From Pristiophorus japonicus (Eukaryota): a stretch of DNA of 64,000 bases. Location of the stretch: contig NC_091984.1 in the NCBI RefSeq assembly GCF_044704955.1, forward strand, positions 179,180,001 through 179,244,000, read 5' to 3'. Both the position numbers and the translations under genes were made by a program. Numbering within the stretch: position 1 is the stretch's first letter; each line of letters begins with the position of its first letter. Positions 36,390-49,504 of this stretch are shown piece by piece. The notes under the pieces were generated by a model. The model was not told where the DNA came from, did no database searches, and saw nothing but the letters and a program-made list of their open reading frames with translations.

Positions 36390-39300
36390 TTTATTCCGTC
36401 CTAATATATAAGCGTCGCTGGCAAGGGCAGCTTTTATTGCCAATCGATAATAACCCTTGAGAAGATGGTGGTGAGCTCTTTCTTGAACCGCTACAATTCA
36501 TGTGGTGAAGGTATTTCCACGGTGCTGTTATGGAGCGAGTTCCAGGGTTTGAATCCAGTGATGATGGATATATTTCCAAGACAGAATAGTGTGTAACTTG
36601 GAGGGGAACTTGCAGGTGATGATGTTCCTATGCGCTTGCTGCCCTCGTCCTTCTAGGTGGTAGAGGTCATAGGTTTTGAAGGTGCCACTGAAGAAACTTC
36701 GGCGAGTTGCTGAAGTGCATCTTGTAAATAGTACACACTGCAAGTTGCGCCGATGGTGGAGGGAGTGAACGTTGAAGGCGGTGGACGGGGTGCCAATCAA
36801 GTGGGAGTAGAGCTTCCTGAGTGTTTTTGGAGCTGCACTCATCTAGGCAAGTGAAGAATATTCCGTTACACTCCTGACTTGTGCCTTGTAGATAGTGGAA
36901 GACACAAGTCACGAATGTGATGGCAGTCGCCATAGAACCCTCAGCGCCTGACCCGCTCGTGCTGTTAAATTATTTATTTGGCTGTTTCAGTTAAGTCTCT
37001 GGTCAATGGCAGCCCCCAGGATTTTGATGGTGGGGGAATTGACAATGGTTATGCCATTGAATGTCAAGGGGCATTCGATAGACTCTTGCCTGGCACTTGT
37101 GTGGCGAAAATGTTACTTGCCATTTATCAGCCCAAGCCTGGATGCCGTCCAAGTCTTGCTGCACGTGGCCATGGAGTGCTTCCTTATCTGAGGAGCTGCA
37201 AAAGGTACTGAACACTGTGCAATCATGAGCGAACCTCCCAACTTCTGACCTTTTGATGGAGGTAACGTCATTGATGAAGCAGCTGAAGATGTTTAGGCCA
37301 AGACACTGCCCTGAGGAACTCATAAGAACATAACATAAGAACATAAGAACATAAGAATTAGGAACAGGAGTAGGCCATCTAGCCCCTCGAGCCTGCTCCG
37401 CCATTCAACAAGATCATGGCTGATCTGGCCATGGACTCAGCTCCACTTATCCGCCCGCTCCCCGTAACCCTTAATTCCCTTATTGGTTAAAAATCTATCT
37501 ATCTGTGATTTGAATACATTCAATGAGCTAGCCTCAACTGCTTCCTTGCGCAGAGAATTCCACAGATTCACAACCCTCTGGGAGAAGAAATTTCTTCTCA
37601 ACTCGGTTTTAAATTGGCTCCCCCGTATTTTGAGGCTGTGCCCCCTAGTTGTAGTCTCCCCCACCAGTGGAAACAACCTTTCTGCCTCGATCTTGTCTAT
37701 CCCTTTCATTATTTTAAATGTTTCTATAAGATCAGCCCTCATCCTTCTGAACTCCAACGAGTAAACACCCAGTCTACTCAATCTATCATATATAAGGTAA
37801 CCCCCTCATCTCCGGAATCAACCTAGTAAATCGTCTCTGTACCCCCTCCAAAGCCAGTATATCCTTCCTTAAGAAAGGTGACCAAAACTGCACGCAGTAC
37901 TCCAGGTGCGGCCTCACCAATACCCTATACAGTTGCAGCAGGACCTCCCTGCTTTTGTACTCCATCTCTCTCGCAATGAAGGACAACATTCCATTCGCCT
38001 TCCTGATTAGCTGCTGCACCTGCAAACTAACATTTTGGGTCCCCAGGTCCCTCTGCACCGCAGCATGTTGTAATTTCTCCCCATTCAAATAATATTCCCT
38101 TTTACTGTTTTTTTTACCAAGGTGGATGACCTCACATTTTCCGACATTATATTCCATCTGCCAAACCTTAGCCCATTCGCTTAACCTATCTAAATTTCTT
38201 TGCAGCCTCTCTGTGTCTTCTACACAACCCGCTTTCCCACTAATCTTTGTGTCATCTGCAAATTTTGTTACACTACACTCTGTCCCCTCTTCCAGGTCAC
38301 CTATGTATATTGTAAACAGCTGTGGTCCAAGCACCGATCCCTGTGGCACACCACTAACCACCGATTTCCAACCCGAAAAGGACCCATTTATCCTGACTCT
38401 CTGCTTTCGGTTAGCCAGCCAATTCTCGATCCATGCTAATACATTTCCTCTGACTCCGCATACCTTTATCTTCTGCAGTAACCTTTTGTGTGGCACCTTA
38501 TTGAATGCCTTTTGGAAATCTAAATACACCACATCCATCAGTACACCTCTATCCACCATGCTCGTTATATCCTCAAAGAATTCCAGTAAATTAGTTAAAC
38601 ATGATTTCCCCTTCATGAATCCATATTGCGTCTGCTTGATTGCACTATTCCTATCTAGATGTCCCCTATTTCTTCCTTAATGATAGTGTTAAGCATTTTC
38701 CCCACTACAGGTATTAAACTAATCGGCCTATCGTTACTTGCCTTTCGTCCGCCCCCTTTTTTAAACAGAGGCGTTACATTAGCTGCTTTCCAATCCGCTG
38801 ATACCTCCCCAGAGTCCAGAGAATTTTGGTAGATTATAACGAATGCATCTGCTATAACTTCCGCCATCTCTTTTAATACCCTGAGATGCATTTCATCAGG
38901 ACCAGGGGACTTGTCTACCTTGAGTCCCATTAGCCTGTCCAGCACTACCCCCCTAGTGATAGTGATTATCTCAAGGTCCTCCCTTCCCACATTCCAGTGA
39001 CCAGCAATTTCTGGCATAGTTTTTGTGTCTTCCACTGTGAAGACCGAAGCAAAATAATTGTTTAATGTCTCAGCCATTTCCACATTTCCCATTATTAAAT
39101 CCCCCTTCTCATCATCTCAGGGACCAACATTTACTTTAGTCACTCTTTACCGTTTTATATATCGGTAAAAGCTTTTACTATCTGTTTTTATGTTTTGCGC
39201 AAGTTTACTTTCGTAATCTATCTTTCCTTTCTTTATTGCTTTCTTAGTCATTCTTTGCTGTCGTTTTAAATTTTCCCAATCCAATAGTTTCCCACTAACC

Positions 39301-42110
39301 TTGGCCACCTTATACGCATTGGTTTTTAATTTGATACTCTCCTTTATTTCCTTTGATATCCACGGCTGGTTATCCCTGCTCTTACCGCCCTTCTTTTTCA
39401 TTGGAATATATTTTTGTTGGGCACTATGAAAGAGCTGCTTAAAAGTCCTCCACTGTTCCTCAATTGTGCCACGGTTTAGTCTCTGCTTACAGTCTACTTT
39501 AGCCAACTCTGCCCTCATCCCACTGTAGTCCCCTTTGTTTAAGCATTGTACACTCGTTTGAGACACTACTTCCTCACCCTCAATCTGTATTACAAATTCA
39601 ACCATAGTGTGATTACTCATTCCGAGAGGATCTTTTACTCGGAGATCGTTTATTATTCCTGTCTCATTACACAGGACCAGGTCTAAGATAGCTTGCTCCC
39701 TTGTAGGTTCTGTAACATACTGTTCAAAGAAACAATCCTGTATGCATTCTATGAATTCCTCCTCAAGGCTACCCCGTGCGATTTGATTTGACCAATCGAT
39801 ATGTAGGTTAAAATCCCCCATGATTACTGCCGTTCCTTTTTCACATGCCTCCATTATTCCCTTGATTATTGCCCACCCCACCATGAAGTTATTATTTGAG
39901 GGCCTATAAACTACGCCCACCAGTGACTTTTTCCCCTTACTATCTCTAATCTCCACCCACAATGATTCAACATTTTGTTCATTAGAGCCAATATCGTCTC
40001 TCACAACTGCCCTGATATCATCCTTAATAACAGAGCTACCCCGCCTCCTTTCCCTTCTTGTTTATCTTTCCGAATTGTCAGATAACCCTGTATGTTTAAT
40101 TCACAGTCTTGGCCACCCTGCAATCACGTTTCTGTAATGGCCACCAAATCATACCCATTTGTAATGATTTGTGCCGTCAACTCATTTACTTTATTTCGAA
40201 TGCTGCGTGCGCTTAGGTAGAGTGTTTTAATACTAGTTTTTAAACCATGATTTTTAGTTTTGCCCCCTCCTGCAGCCGCTTTGTATTCATACATATTGTC
40301 TCTTCCTACCACCTTGTGGTTGACACTTACCCCAGTGCTACTCTGCTCTGTTGCCTCCTGTCTTTTGCATTCTTTCTTGGGGTCCTGTTCATCTGAGCTC
40401 TCACCCACTCTAACTAGCTCAGTGCCCTCTCCTGGGTTCCGAATACTCCTTGCATTGAGGCACCGAGCTTTCAGGCTTGCCTTTTTATTACACTTTGGCC
40501 CTTTAGAATTTTGCTGTACAGTGGCCCTTTTTGTTTTTTGCCTTGGATTTCTCTGCCCTCCACTTTTACTCATCTCCTTTCTGTCTTTTGCTCTCCTGTC
40601 TCCTGCAGCAATGTCCTGGGGCTGAGATGATTGACCTCCTTCAATGACGCCCATTTTCCTTTATGCCAGGTATGACTCTAGCTCGTGGAAATGTTTCCTC
40701 TTGAATCCCATTCACTTCAATTTTACCGAGGCTTCTTGATGCCAGACTCAGCTAAAGTCTGCCTTAATATCAAGGGCAATCACTCTCACCTCACATCTAG
40801 ATTTCAGCTCTTTTGTCCATGTTTGGACCAAGGCTGTAATGAGGTCTGGAGCCGAGTGGTCCTGGCGAAACCCAAACTGAGCATCAGTGAGCAAGTTATT
40901 GATGAGTAAGTGCAGCTTGATAGCACTGATGATGACACCTTCCATCACTTTGCTAATAAGTGAGAGTAGACTATTGGGGCAGTAAATCGCCGGATTGGAT
41001 TTATCCTGCTTTTTGTGTATAGGACATATCTAGGCAATTTTCCCATTGTCGGGTAGATGCCAGTGTTGTATCTCGACTGGAATATCTTGGCTAAACGTGC
41101 TCAGCTGTTTCTTGATATCATGTAGTGTGAATCTAATTCGCTGAAGACTGGCTTCTGTGATGGTGGGTCCCTCAGGAGGAGGCCTAGCTGGATTATCCAC
41201 TCGGTATTTCTGGAGGAATATTGTTTCAAACGCTCCAGTCTTGTTTTTTGCACTCAGGTGCACTGCTCTGTCATCATTGAGGATGGGAATATTCATGGAG
41301 CCTCCTCCCCGGTTAAATTTGTTTTAACTGATCACCACTATTCATGACTGGATGTGGCAGGACTTCAGAGGTGTGATCTGAACCGTTGGTTGTACGATCA
41401 TTTAGCTCTGTCTATCGCATCTTGCATCCGGTGTTTAGCATACATGTAGTCCTGTGTTGCAGCTTCCCCAGCTTGACACCTTATTTTTCAGGTAAGTCCT
41501 GTTCTGCTTCTGGCATATTGTTCTGCACTCCTCATCGAACCAGGGTTGGTCCTCTGGCTCGATGGCAATAGTAGTGTGAGGGAAATGCCGGGCCATGGTG
41601 TTACTGGTTGTGGGTGCACTGTTCCTTCATCATTGAGGATGGGAATATTCATGGAGACTCCTCCCACCCCGTTAGTTTTTTTAACTGATCACCACCATTT
41701 ATGACTGGATGTGGCAGAACTTCATGGATGCCCAGTTTTGAACTGCGTGACCTGTTCTGAATCTATCTCATTTAACACGGTGGTGGTGCCGCACAAAGTG
41801 ATGGAGAGTGTCCTCAGTGAGCAAATGCGTCTTCGCCTCCAGGAGGATTTGCTGTGGACACTGATACCATGCTGCCATGGACATCTGCGACAGGTTGATT
41901 GGTGAGGACGAGGTCAAGTAGGCATTTCGGTCGTGTTGGTCTCTCACCACCTGCCACATGTCCAGTCCAGCAGCTATGTCCTTCTGCATTCGGCCAACTC
42001 AGTGAGTAATGGTGCTACCGCGCCAGTGTTGGTGATGGGCATAGAAGTCCCTAACCAGAGCATATTATAAGCCCTTGCTAACCTCAGTGCTTCTTTCAAG
42101 TGGTGTACAA
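36390..42110 (-). mobile_element. Shark LINE family B, split by a nested CR1 insertion (37321-40600)
   Basis: RT motifs QFGFRQDHSAPDLITALVQTW and RFAHDCTVF..QQDLDGIQAWADKWQVTF; ccctgaggaact|cctgcagcaatg is restored when the CR1 is removed. Confidence 0.8.
37321..40600 (-). mobile_element. Relatively young CR1 LINE, nearly complete ORF2 with frameshifts
   Basis: ORFs 40124-40654, 39147-40004, 38655-39092, 37786-38616 and 37437-37781; reverse tail (CATAAGAA)n at 37321. Confidence 0.95.
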
Positions 42111-42819
42111 CAAGCAGGAATCTTATCTGAAGCCTGTGCCGGTACCTAGATCAATGTCAGCTGGCCTATCCTGTTTTATTCCTTTTATTACTTTAAGTCA
42201 TCGTTTAGTACACCTGAATGGCTTCATAAGACATTACAGAAGTCAGTTAAGAGCCAGCCACATTGCAGTGGGATTGGAATCATCTATAGACCATACTACG
42301 TAAGGGCGGAAGGTGTCCTTCCCTAAAGGACATTAGTGAAATAATGGGTTTTACGACAATCCGGTAGTTTCATGGTCACCATTACTCATACTAGCTTTTT
42401 ATTCCAGATATATTAAAGGATTTCCAGATTTATTAATTAACTGATTTATAGTTCCCCAACTGCCCTAGTGGGATTTCAACTTGTATCTCTGGATCATTAC
42501 TCCAGGCCTCTGGATTATTGGTCCAGTAACATAACCACAATGCTACCATAGCGCAATAACTTATCGTGACCTAGAATCACAGCATCTGTGGTACAGAAAC
42601 ACTCCATGCAGCCCAACTGGTCTAAGCATGTTCATACTCCAGACGAACGTCCTTCAACTCTAATTACCTCTTACTACCCTTCCTCCATATCTGCCTTTCG
42701 ACTTTTCCTCATGTATGCAACAAGCCTCCCATTAAATGTATCAGTGCTATGCGATTCAAGCACTCCCCGTGAAAGCGAAACCCACATTCTCACTACTCTC
42801 TGTGTATAGACATTTCTCT

Positions 42820-43820
42820 GAATAGAAATATAGCAACATGAGTAGGTCATTCAGTGGCTGCAGCCTGTTTCAGCATTTAATTCGATCAAGGCTGATCTGT
42901 TCCTCAATTCTTTACCCGCCTTTGTTCCATTTCCTTTGATACCCTTACCTAATAATAATCTAACTATCTCAGTCTTGAACGTTTCAATTGACCAAGAATA
43001 AACAGCCGTTTGGGGAAGTGAGTTCCATATTCACAGTTCCCTTTGTGTGAAGAAAATGTTTCCCGACTTCACTCCTAACAGCCTTGGCTGTAATCTTAAG
43101 ATTATGCCATCTTGTTTTGGATTCCCCAGGAGAGATATAGTTTCCTTTTATCTTTCTTGTCCAAGCTTTAATCATTTTCAATAAATAGATTAGATAACGC
43201 TTTAACCTTCTAAACTCAAGGGAATAGAAGCCAATTTTATGCACCCTGTCCTCATAAGTTAATGCTGCCAGGTTTGGCATAATTCTGGTGAATCGTGCTG
43301 TATCCCTTCCAAGGCCAATATATCATTGTCGAGGATCGATGCAATTTACTCAACATGGGTCCTGCCCGACTCTTTGCATAACTGAAGCTTAACTTCCGCA
43401 TTTTTGAATTATAATCCCCTTGAGAAAAATTCAAAATTACATTAGCTTTTTTGGTTATTGTTCTACCTGTGCATTAGCTTTGAATCACTTTTGCACGTGG
43501 ACACCTAAATCCATTTGTTTCTCCACACATGCTAATCTCTCGGCATTGAGGAAATATTCTGATTTGATTTTCCAGGATTCAAAATGGATGCCCTAACTCT
43601 TCCTGACATTGAATACCATCTGTCATAGTTTTGTCAATTCATTTATCTATGTAATTTCCTTCTCCCGACCACAAAACATACTGTACCTCCTAGCTTAGCG
43701 TTATCAGCAAACTTGGATATGGAAATCTACATTGCTACATGCAAGTCATTCATTTACATGATGAAATGCTAAGGTCCAATTACAAAAACATAGGGAAAGC
43801 CATTTGCCGCAGGCCACCAA
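42820..43820 (-). mobile_element. Old CR1 3' fragment
   Basis: LTYEDRVHKIGFYSLEFRRLK motif and decayed 3' UTR. Confidence 0.7.
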
Positions 43821-43839
43821 TAAAATAACAATCTCTTTA

Positions 43840-44380
43840 ACCACACAAAAGCAAAATACTGCAGATGCTGGAATCTGAAATAAAAACAGAAAATGTTGGC
43901 AATCTCAGAGGGTCAGACAAATTCTGTGGAGAGAAAAACGGAGTAAACGTTTCAGGTCGATGGCCCTTCGTCAGTACTGGCGCATGCTCGAAAAGAACAG
44001 CTTCATAATGAGCACTGAAAGGGGGAGGGGAAGAAAGAACAAAAGGGAAGGTCATGATAGGGTGGAAGGCAGGAGAGATTAGAGAATCAAAAGCCACAAT
44101 GGGCCGAATTGAAATGGTAATGGCAGAAGTCATAAAATGGTTAGTCTAGATAGGGCGGGATAATGACCAGCTCCCATTGGAGACAAAGAAAAAAACATAG
44201 GATCGTGAGGGGCGTTGGGGGAGCCAGAAATGGGCAGAGGTCATGGCCTTCAATTGTTGAACTCGATGTTGAATCCAGAAGACTAAAGTACCTAATCGAA
44301 AAATGATTGCTGTTCCTCGAGCTTGCGTTGAGCTTCATTGGAACAGTGGAAGAGGCCAAGGACGGAGATGTCGGAGTGGG
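43840..44380 (-). mobile_element. Penelope-like element 3' fragment (endonuclease C-terminus plus terminal repeat)
   Basis: EAQRKLEEQ..FRLGTL.SSGFNIEFNN-type C-terminus; hammerhead-like core CTGACGA..GAAACGTT at 43946-43974. Confidence 0.65.
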
Positions 44381-45225
44381 ACCTCTTTAACAGAACTCTA
44401 TGTCTCCTACCTCACAAATACTTGCCAACCCATATCTCCAAATAATCTATATTAATGCGCACAGTATTCCAAATTTGACAAAAACCTTGGCTCCATATAC
44501 ATTTAACATTACCTTTTTATTTTTCTATTCTATTCTTCTACAAGTAAAACCTGTACTTTGTATGCTGTCTTTATGAATATAAGTACGTGTGCTGCTATTC
44601 TGAGCGATTTATTTATCTGTATTCCCAAAGCAGGCTGAACAAAGAAGAACGTACATTTATTGGATACCGAGTTTGTGGTTAGTGTGAAGGAGAATCTAAA
44701 AAGCCCGACTGTTTTCTGGGCTGCTTTCAATTAATGATTTGGTGAATCTGTACTTATTACGGGTTGAGCTGCTAATAGAACTTGCTTCAATATAACGATT
44801 ATTGACCAATGATTAAAGGAATTGGATCGTTTGGGAAACAATCGTCCAATGCTAGAAATTGTACCGCGGTATCCAATAGGTAAGCGGTCACAGATTTTTC
44901 CCTGAATTTATGTAACCAGTTGCTTCAGAAGCACTTATTGGAATTGCCCTCAGATTTACTGGAGCACGTGGTTCAGCTCCTTCCCCAAGCGGACAAAATT
45001 CAGACAGATCCATTAAAAAAAAATTATTTCACGAAATATCAAACTATAGTCACCCATTCTGTAATCTCACTATTCCGCCTGATATCAATGTCTCAACATA
45101 CGATGAACAGAATGCTACAAAGCATAAAACCTCGCAGTTTACACACATTTAGAAAGTTTCTATGAATTGGCACAGAGATTTTGAACATAAAAGCTTAACT
45201 CCAACGGAGATAATAGAAGAGTAAT

Positions 45226-45231
45226 TTTATT
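45226..45231 (-). terminator. Putative poly(A) signal of IgL cluster 2
   Basis: AATAAA at the position homologous to 20654-20659. Confidence 0.5.
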
Positions 45232-45419
45232 ACACTACAGTATTCGTAAGGTGACGAAGATTTGAACAGTTCAGTGTGAGCACACCAGCGGGTTCCAGCG
45301 GACAAACTATACATCTGTTGTAGTGATTGCTTAACATTAAACATGTAATGTCCGAATATGTATTTACTTGAAAGACACTTTACTAATGACATAAAAAATC
45401 AATACATAAGTTTATTGAA

Positions 45420-45741
45420 TCAGATACAGCTGGATCCCGCGATGCATGTATGAAGCGGGTTTGCCTGAGTCTCGTGTTTAACCACACAGGAATAAAGCTC
45501 GTGTGAGTTCCACTCTGAGGCTGGCAGAGTCAGTTAACTGCTCACACTGAACGTATTGTCCGTCTCCTGCTGGATCCGACTGGTCTCAACGCCATTCCCT
45601 CTCACACTGCCATCTACAGTCCACTCAATCTCCACAGCGCCGGGATAAAGCCGTTCACCAAACACACCAGGGTCGCCGTGTTCTTTGCCGCTATTTGATC
45701 CGATGAAGGTGGAAGGATGGACACCGAGGGGCCCCGCAGAC
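45420..45741 (-). pseudogene. IGL: Ig lambda constant exon, cluster 2 (pseudogene)
   Basis: LRGPSVSILPPSSDQIAAKNTATLVCLVNGF, then a 1-nt deletion (~45645) and TAA at 45534-45536 in place of Tyr, then LTLPASEWNSHELYSCVVKHETQANPLHTCIAGSSCI*. Confidence 0.95.
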
Positions 45742-46718
45742 CTGCAAAGTAAAAACAAATGAAAGAGGATGCATTATTCATAGCCACAAAATGTGTCAAT
45801 CAACGTGTTACTTTCTTCAATCATTTTACAATTCGGCGTCACTGTACGAATGTGTGAGGAATTTAACACAACGTAACCTCAGCAATGTCCATTCAACAAT
45901 GACAGAGGCCGGCAGTTCTTGATATTATATAACTAGAGAATATTTTAACTGCATAGAGAGGGACTGATAACAAATTATTTGAAGGAAATGCAATTCAAGG
46001 TCATTGAATATAACCCTCAAAGACACCATATTTGTTTCAATTTTCTCCTATTTCCTTTCCCTATTGAGGTTCAGCTTGTCCTTAGGAATATTTTCACATT
46101 TGTGACAGAATGCGTGTCAGAAAAATATAACATAAAAATAAAACTGGGACCCAATCTAACTTTGAAATGTACTGATCGAACTCAATCTGTCCCAGACATT
46201 GCGTCCCAGGAGCTACGGATTTAACGAGAAAGTAAAAAGCAAAATACCCAAATTTGGAGTAAATATTGCAACCATTGCTGACTACAAAGATGCAGTAATA
46301 TTTAGCTCAAAACATTCGATTCCAATCTATTTCCTGCTAATCTCGGTTCTTTGCTTATGTCTCCAATTGCGCACTAATTTTGGCGGAAGTGGTAAATACT
46401 GTATGGGACTAATATTTTGGGCTTCTGCACAATCGCTGCCACAATCTCTACTCGGCTGCCCGTTCCGACAAATTTCCCGCCCCTGTCGGAAGATGACTAT
46501 ATTGTCTAAACCTTCAAAAGGCTGTCCCAGTAAGTCCATCACACGATATACGTTGTTTGGAGACAGATTGCGGGTCAGAGTTTCTACAATTTACCTTTCC
46601 ACGTAAGGCAAACAGTTTCCCAAAATTAACCTATGTTATTGTAAACCATTATATCAGTATTATATAATAGCACCCAACAATAACCTCAATATGAAAGAAA
46701 GAATGTAAAAAATGACAC

Positions 46719-46925
46719 GGCCAATATTTATCCTTCATCCAACCTCAGTGGAACAGATTGTCCCATTATCACATTGCTGTTTGTGGCACGTTACTGTGCG
46801 GAAATTTGTTGTAGTGTTTCCCACAAGTGACTGCACTTCAAAACTATTCCTTTGGCTGTAAAGCGTGTTGGGAAACCGAGATGTCGTGAAAAGTGCTGTA
46901 TTAATGCAAGTTTGTCCTTTCTTTT
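46719..46925 (+). mobile_element. DeuSINE/SacSINE1-like fragment in the cluster 2 J-C intron
   Basis: ggccaatatttatcc..ttatcacattgctgtttgtgg..tgtaaagcg..aatgcaag. Confidence 0.75.
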
Positions 46926-48898
46926 CTTAATATAAATAGAATATTACCACGACTATGAAATATAACCCAGAGTAAGAATGTTGAAGCCAGTCTGTCGCAA
47001 TCCTTTAAGATTTGTCTCTGTAAATGACAGTTGGCACCGACCATGTATTGCACGCATCAGCTGCCAATGACAATCTATCGGTAAATTGGTTTATTTAATC
47101 AAAAGCACCGACAAAAGGATGAAATATTAATATTGTTTCAATGATAGAATTAGGTATCGGTAGCGCGACCGCTGCAAATGGTTCTACTATTGAGGTGCTG
47201 TGCCAGTCACAGCGGCGAGCCGCACCAATATCAGATTCTGAGACGTTCGCCCTGAAACCTACAACTTTCCCTTGCTTTCTTTACATTCAATTTGGAGGCT
47301 ACAAATGCGAGTCATCCTGATAACTACCAACTCCTATTATCTCAATTGCTTTAATCGCCTTGCAACACCCGTATTATAGCCGAATTATCTAGTACTGAAA
47401 TGTCTGGAGTCCGTCGAATTATTGAGCAGGGTTTACTGACAGTTTAGATTATTGTGCACCCGCCAGGAGCTTGACAGTGACCTCTCTTTACATTGGTTTG
47501 AAATGCATTTTTCCAGATATAAATTCCCAAGCAACAATTTATAATGAAATTGAGAATTTTCGCTGTTTTATATCTCATGTTAGCCCAGTTCACCGTGAAG
47601 TAGCCGAATAATCAATTTAAAATGTCGACACTGTATCCGCATTTTCTGCAATCTTACTACTCTCGCTGACAGGAATCACAGAACCAGCAGCAAAGCGAAA
47701 TGCAGTGAGCGCAAAGACAGGTGCAAACATCGAATAACGTATTCCGAGACGTTCACACAAAATTGAACATACTGTCAATCATTGAAGATTATTAATGTAG
47801 GCAGAAAATCGATCAGTGTTAAAGATTATTAGTATGTGAACTGAGCACAACAGCGTGATTGCTATTTTCATCGGGGATTAATGTGAAATGTAGGACTGAG
47901 AATGTTGAGAATGACTGAACGGGTTTCTTGAGATTGGAGACAAGTGGAAGAGAGTTACAGTAAGTCGCCAAACCATCCTTCTGCAGTCTCAATCCGAGAA
48001 TGGTTATTAAATTGCGAAAGTACTTTAATGGGAATTAAAACGTTATCCTGTGCAATTTTTGAATTGGTGCTTTTTGCCTTTTACCGACAATCCAGCGGAT
48101 TGTAAAATACTATGCGGATCTCATGGCATTATACAGCCAAGGAGGCCGATCGTGCCCGTCCAGCTCTTTGTAAGTGTATTTCACTTAGTCCGTGTCCCAG
48201 ATATTTTTTGCCCGTTTGCAAATATTTATCTACTTCCCTTTTTAAACACTACCATGGATTTTGCTCGCTCCACTTTTGCAGGCAGGGCACTGCATGTCCT
48301 AACAATCGCTTCCGTCAAGAAAAATATCCTAACCACTCCCTTGTCCTCCTGGCAATGACGTTAAATTTATGTCCTCTGTTTACCGACTGACTGATTAGTG
48401 ACAATAGTTTTTTTTTAAATCGCTGTAACGAAATGGCTCAAAATTATGAACACGTCCTGCAGATCACACCGTAAGCTTCGGTGAAAAGATCTTCTCCCAT
48501 CTCCTCTCCAAGCTAAAACCTCGCAGCAGTGTTACCATCTTTATAAATTGCCCCATGTACCCTCTCCAGGTTTTAACACCTGCCCTAAAGTCGGGCGCCC
48601 TTTGTGCCTGGCTATATCTTAAACATCACTGGATGCTGACTCATAAGTTCTGTATAAATAATCTTGACCTAAACTGATTTAGTATATCAAGAAATTGGTT
48701 TTATGGTTTTGTTGTCGTCCATAATGTTGCAAATGTTAAGCGACAGTTGGATGAGCGCGTTGGAAACCGAATAAACAAATTAATTGTTGTAATCATATCG
48801 ACTCGAAGACTTATATTTTTGTCCCGGAGATCTACGACCAAAATAATTAAACCAAAAATCGAAAACTGATACTGGCACACTGCGAATAATGTACTTAC

Positions 48899-49226
48899 TG
48901 CTAAGGTTCAGCTTGGTTCCTCTCCCGAAAGTGAATCGATTACCGCTCCACATAGCACAGTAATAATCGGCGGCGCCCTCGGACAACGGATTAGTGATGG
49001 TTAAATGCATCTTGTTACGCGATGAGTCCACAGACCTGCTAAATCGATCTGGAATTCCCGAACTTCTAGTGGAGCCTTCGTTCCAAACAAACACAGGGCA
49101 CTGCCGGGTTTCTGCCAGTACCAGCTCGTGTACCAGCTACCTATAGGGCACAAGTTATCTTGACGGTTCTCCCCGGGGAGGTTGAGATGGACGCGGGCTG
49201 AGTCAGGGCAGGATCCGCATTTGTAC
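48899..49226 (-). pseudogene. IGL: Germline-joined VJ exon, Ig lambda, cluster 2 (pseudogene)
   Basis: TNADPALTQPASISTSPGRTVKITCAL*; 13 nt shorter than cluster 1 in CDR1; 1-nt deletion in FR2; then VFVWNEGSTRSSGIPDRFSRSVDSSRNKMHLTITNPLSEGAADYYCAMWSGNRFTFGRGTKLNLS + GTAAGT. Confidence 0.95.
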
Positions 49227-49361
49227 CTGGTGAAATTTCAAGTAATTCAACAGTCGTACGTTGTGCAAATCTGAATATTGAGAGCCGTTCAACACAACCA
49301 CTACAAAAATAATCAGGGCAATGTAAAAATCAGCGATATTAAAGGTAAAATCCTGTATTAC

Positions 49362-49410
49362 TGTGGAGAAAGATCGTCTATGCGGCGAGAAACCGAACCC
49401 ATTCAGTCAT
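49362..49410 (-). pseudogene. IGL: Leader exon, cluster 2 (in-frame stop)
   Basis: MTEWVRFLAA*TIFLH with TAG at 49380-49378; GT donor at 49361; 135-bp intron. Confidence 0.9.
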
Positions 49411-49504
49411 GATGAAGGTTGTGGTGACGGTCAGAAGCAAAATGTTTTCTGAGATGGATGTGGTTCTGGACTCTTCCTAAGCCTCTCCCTTAGACGTTTC
49501 AAAC

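Noticed and set aside
37321-37360. Short tandem repeats (CATAAGAA)n / (TTTCTATG)n as arrays
   Set aside because: CR1 3' tails, not CRISPR or switch repeats.
48780-49094. 104-aa ORF as a functional V gene
   Set aside because: It is only the 3' half of the frameshifted cluster 2 VJ, reading through into the intron.
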